Shown here: positions 62,921-64,000 of the stretch, in pieces | Layout: every line of letters begins with the position of its first letter | Position numbering within the stretch: position 1 is the first letter of the stretch | NCBI GenBank assembly: GCA_023246755.1 | Contig: JAHFHU010000001.1 | Coordinates: 6,072 to 70,071 of the forward strand | Direction: 5' to 3' | Origin: Candidatus Magasanikiibacteriota bacterium | GTDB taxonomy: Bacteria; Patescibacteriota; Patescibacteriia; Magasanikbacterales; 2-02-FULL-50-9b | Length of the DNA: 64,000 nucleotides | The notes under the pieces: generated by a model | What the model was told of the DNA's origin: nothing | What the model saw: only the letters and a program-made list of their open reading frames with translations | Databases searched by the model: none | Made by a program: the position numbers and the translations under genes

Positions 62921-64000
62921 TTATTCGGCAACGCGGAAAACTTCCGAAAGCGACGAAAGTCCTTCTGCGGCTTTAAGTATACCATCTTGAGCCATGGTGA
63001 CCATACCATCAACAACGGCCTGCTTTTGAATATCAAATTCCGACATTTGGCCGCCCAGAATTAATTTTTCGATTTCCGGCGTCATGGTCAAAATTTCGTA
63101 AATACCAACACGGCCTTTATAACCAAGCCCCTTGCACTCCGCGCAGCCCGGTGCCGTAAAAAATTTTGCCGCGTCAATCGAAAATGTAATGTTCGATTTT
63201 GGAGATAATTCCGACATTGTTTTGACGACACGCTGGCTTTCTTCGGGCTTGAGCGATGTTTCAGTTTTACATTTCTCACACAATTTACGCATCAAACGCT
63301 GACCGATCACCGCGTTAAGCGCCGGCGCAAGCAAAAAGGGTTTAACGCCCATCGATAAAAACCGAGGGATCGCACCCGCAGCACTGTTGGTATGGATGGT
63401 TGACAGCAATAAATGGCCGGTAAGCGCCGCTTGAATCGCAACTTCGGCTGTCGACAAATCACGAATTTCACCGACCATACAAATATCAGGATCCTGACGT
63501 AAAATCGATTTAAGCGCATCGGCAAATGTGTACCCTTTTGACGGATCGATTTGCGACTGATTGATGCCCTCGAGTTTATATTCAACCGGATCTTCGAGCG
63601 TGATAATTTTCACGCCGGGTTGATTTTTCTTTTTTAAAATTGTGTAGAGCGTCGTCGTTTTTCCAGAACCTGTCGGACCTGTTGTAATTACCATGCCATT
63701 TGGACGATCGATTTCACGCGTGAGGCCTTCAAACGCAACGCCCCGAATCCCCAGCTGTTCCATTCCAACGTTTGCTTGCGGTTTTAAAATACGCATAACA
63801 ACGCTTTCGCCGTATGCGGTCGGAATTGTTGAAACACGCACGTCGATTTTGCCCATCTGCAAAACAAGGGTGATGCGACCGTCTTGCGGTTTGTCGTCGA
63901 TATTTAATTTAAGTGCTGCGAGCAGTTTTATACGCCCGATAATTTTTTTCCACATCTCATGCGGCACACTCCCAATTTCGTGGAGCATACCATCAAGACG
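62921..64000 (-). CDS. type IV pilus / type II secretion assembly ATPase (PilB/GspE family), 5' end outside window
   Basis: Walker A 'GPTGSGKTTTLY', 'ITLEDPVEY', Asp/His boxes, C-terminal Zn tetracysteine 'CEKCK...CAECKGLGYKGRVGIYE'. Confidence 0.85.
   Translation of the reverse strand, partial: RLDGMLHEIGSVPHEMWKKIIGRIKLLAALKLNIDDKPQDGRITLVLQMGKIDVRVSTIPTAYGESVVMRILKPQANVGMEQLGIRGVAFEGLTREIDRPNGMVITTGPTGSGKTTTLYTILKKKNQPGVKIITLEDPVEYKLEGINQSQIDPSKGYTFADALKSILRQDPDICMVGEIRDLSTAEVAIQAALTGHLLLSTIHTNSAAGAIPRFLSMGVKPFLLAPALNAVIGQRLMRKLCEKCKTETSLKPEESQRVVKTMSELSPKSNITFSIDAAKFFTAPGCAECKGLGYKGRVGIYEILTMTPEIEKLILGGQMSEFDIQKQAVVDGMVTMAQDGILKAAEGLSSLSEVFRVAE

Overview
This 64 kb window looks like a chromosomal stretch from a small-genome bacterium; a CPR/Patescibacteria affiliation is an inference from glycolysis without tpi, a giant ORF and a type IV pilus ATPase. 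Most of it is a minus-strand housekeeping backbone: ndk, a UvrD/PcrA helicase, tgt-queA, mltG, manC-PAP2, the glycolytic run gap-pgk-(SIMPL)-eno-gpmI, rpmE-prfA // rpsB-tsf, prmC, rplY, an FtsW/RodA homolog, gyrB, thrS, secE-nusG-rplK, LemA-HtpX, rplA, a dCMP deaminase-kinase-phosphoesterase-ThyX-tmk cluster, gatB, miaA and a partial PilB ATPase. No rRNA, tRNA or CRISPR array could be identified by eye.

The features that stand out:
1. gyrB carries a 434-aa intein (C1 ... HN|S) at the EGDSAGG|SAK site, with an HNH endonuclease-like core.
2. A G+C-rich island at 36.85-39.5 kb encodes a 655-aa protein ending in a class III nucleotidyl cyclase domain. It is convergent with a 120-aa ORFan, and the two share a long hairpin terminator.
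3. A 2105-aa, 4-TM-anchored protein with a C-terminal PP2C phosphatase, plus a 115-aa upstream partner, sits inside an ~11 kb segment that separates rplK from rplA.
4. A RelE/ParE toxin pair is wedged between prfA and the rpsB promoter.
5. A partial G+C-rich RelA/SpoT-like synthetase-domain gene runs off the 5' window edge; it is absent from the supplied ORF track.
6. Two further G+C-rich single-gene cassettes (10667..11302, 30080..30604) and an A+T-rich HAD-kinase-HAD trio (20010..22485) suggest horizontal acquisition.

All composition statements are by eye; no numbers were computed. All functional calls come from motif recognition in the translated ORFs.
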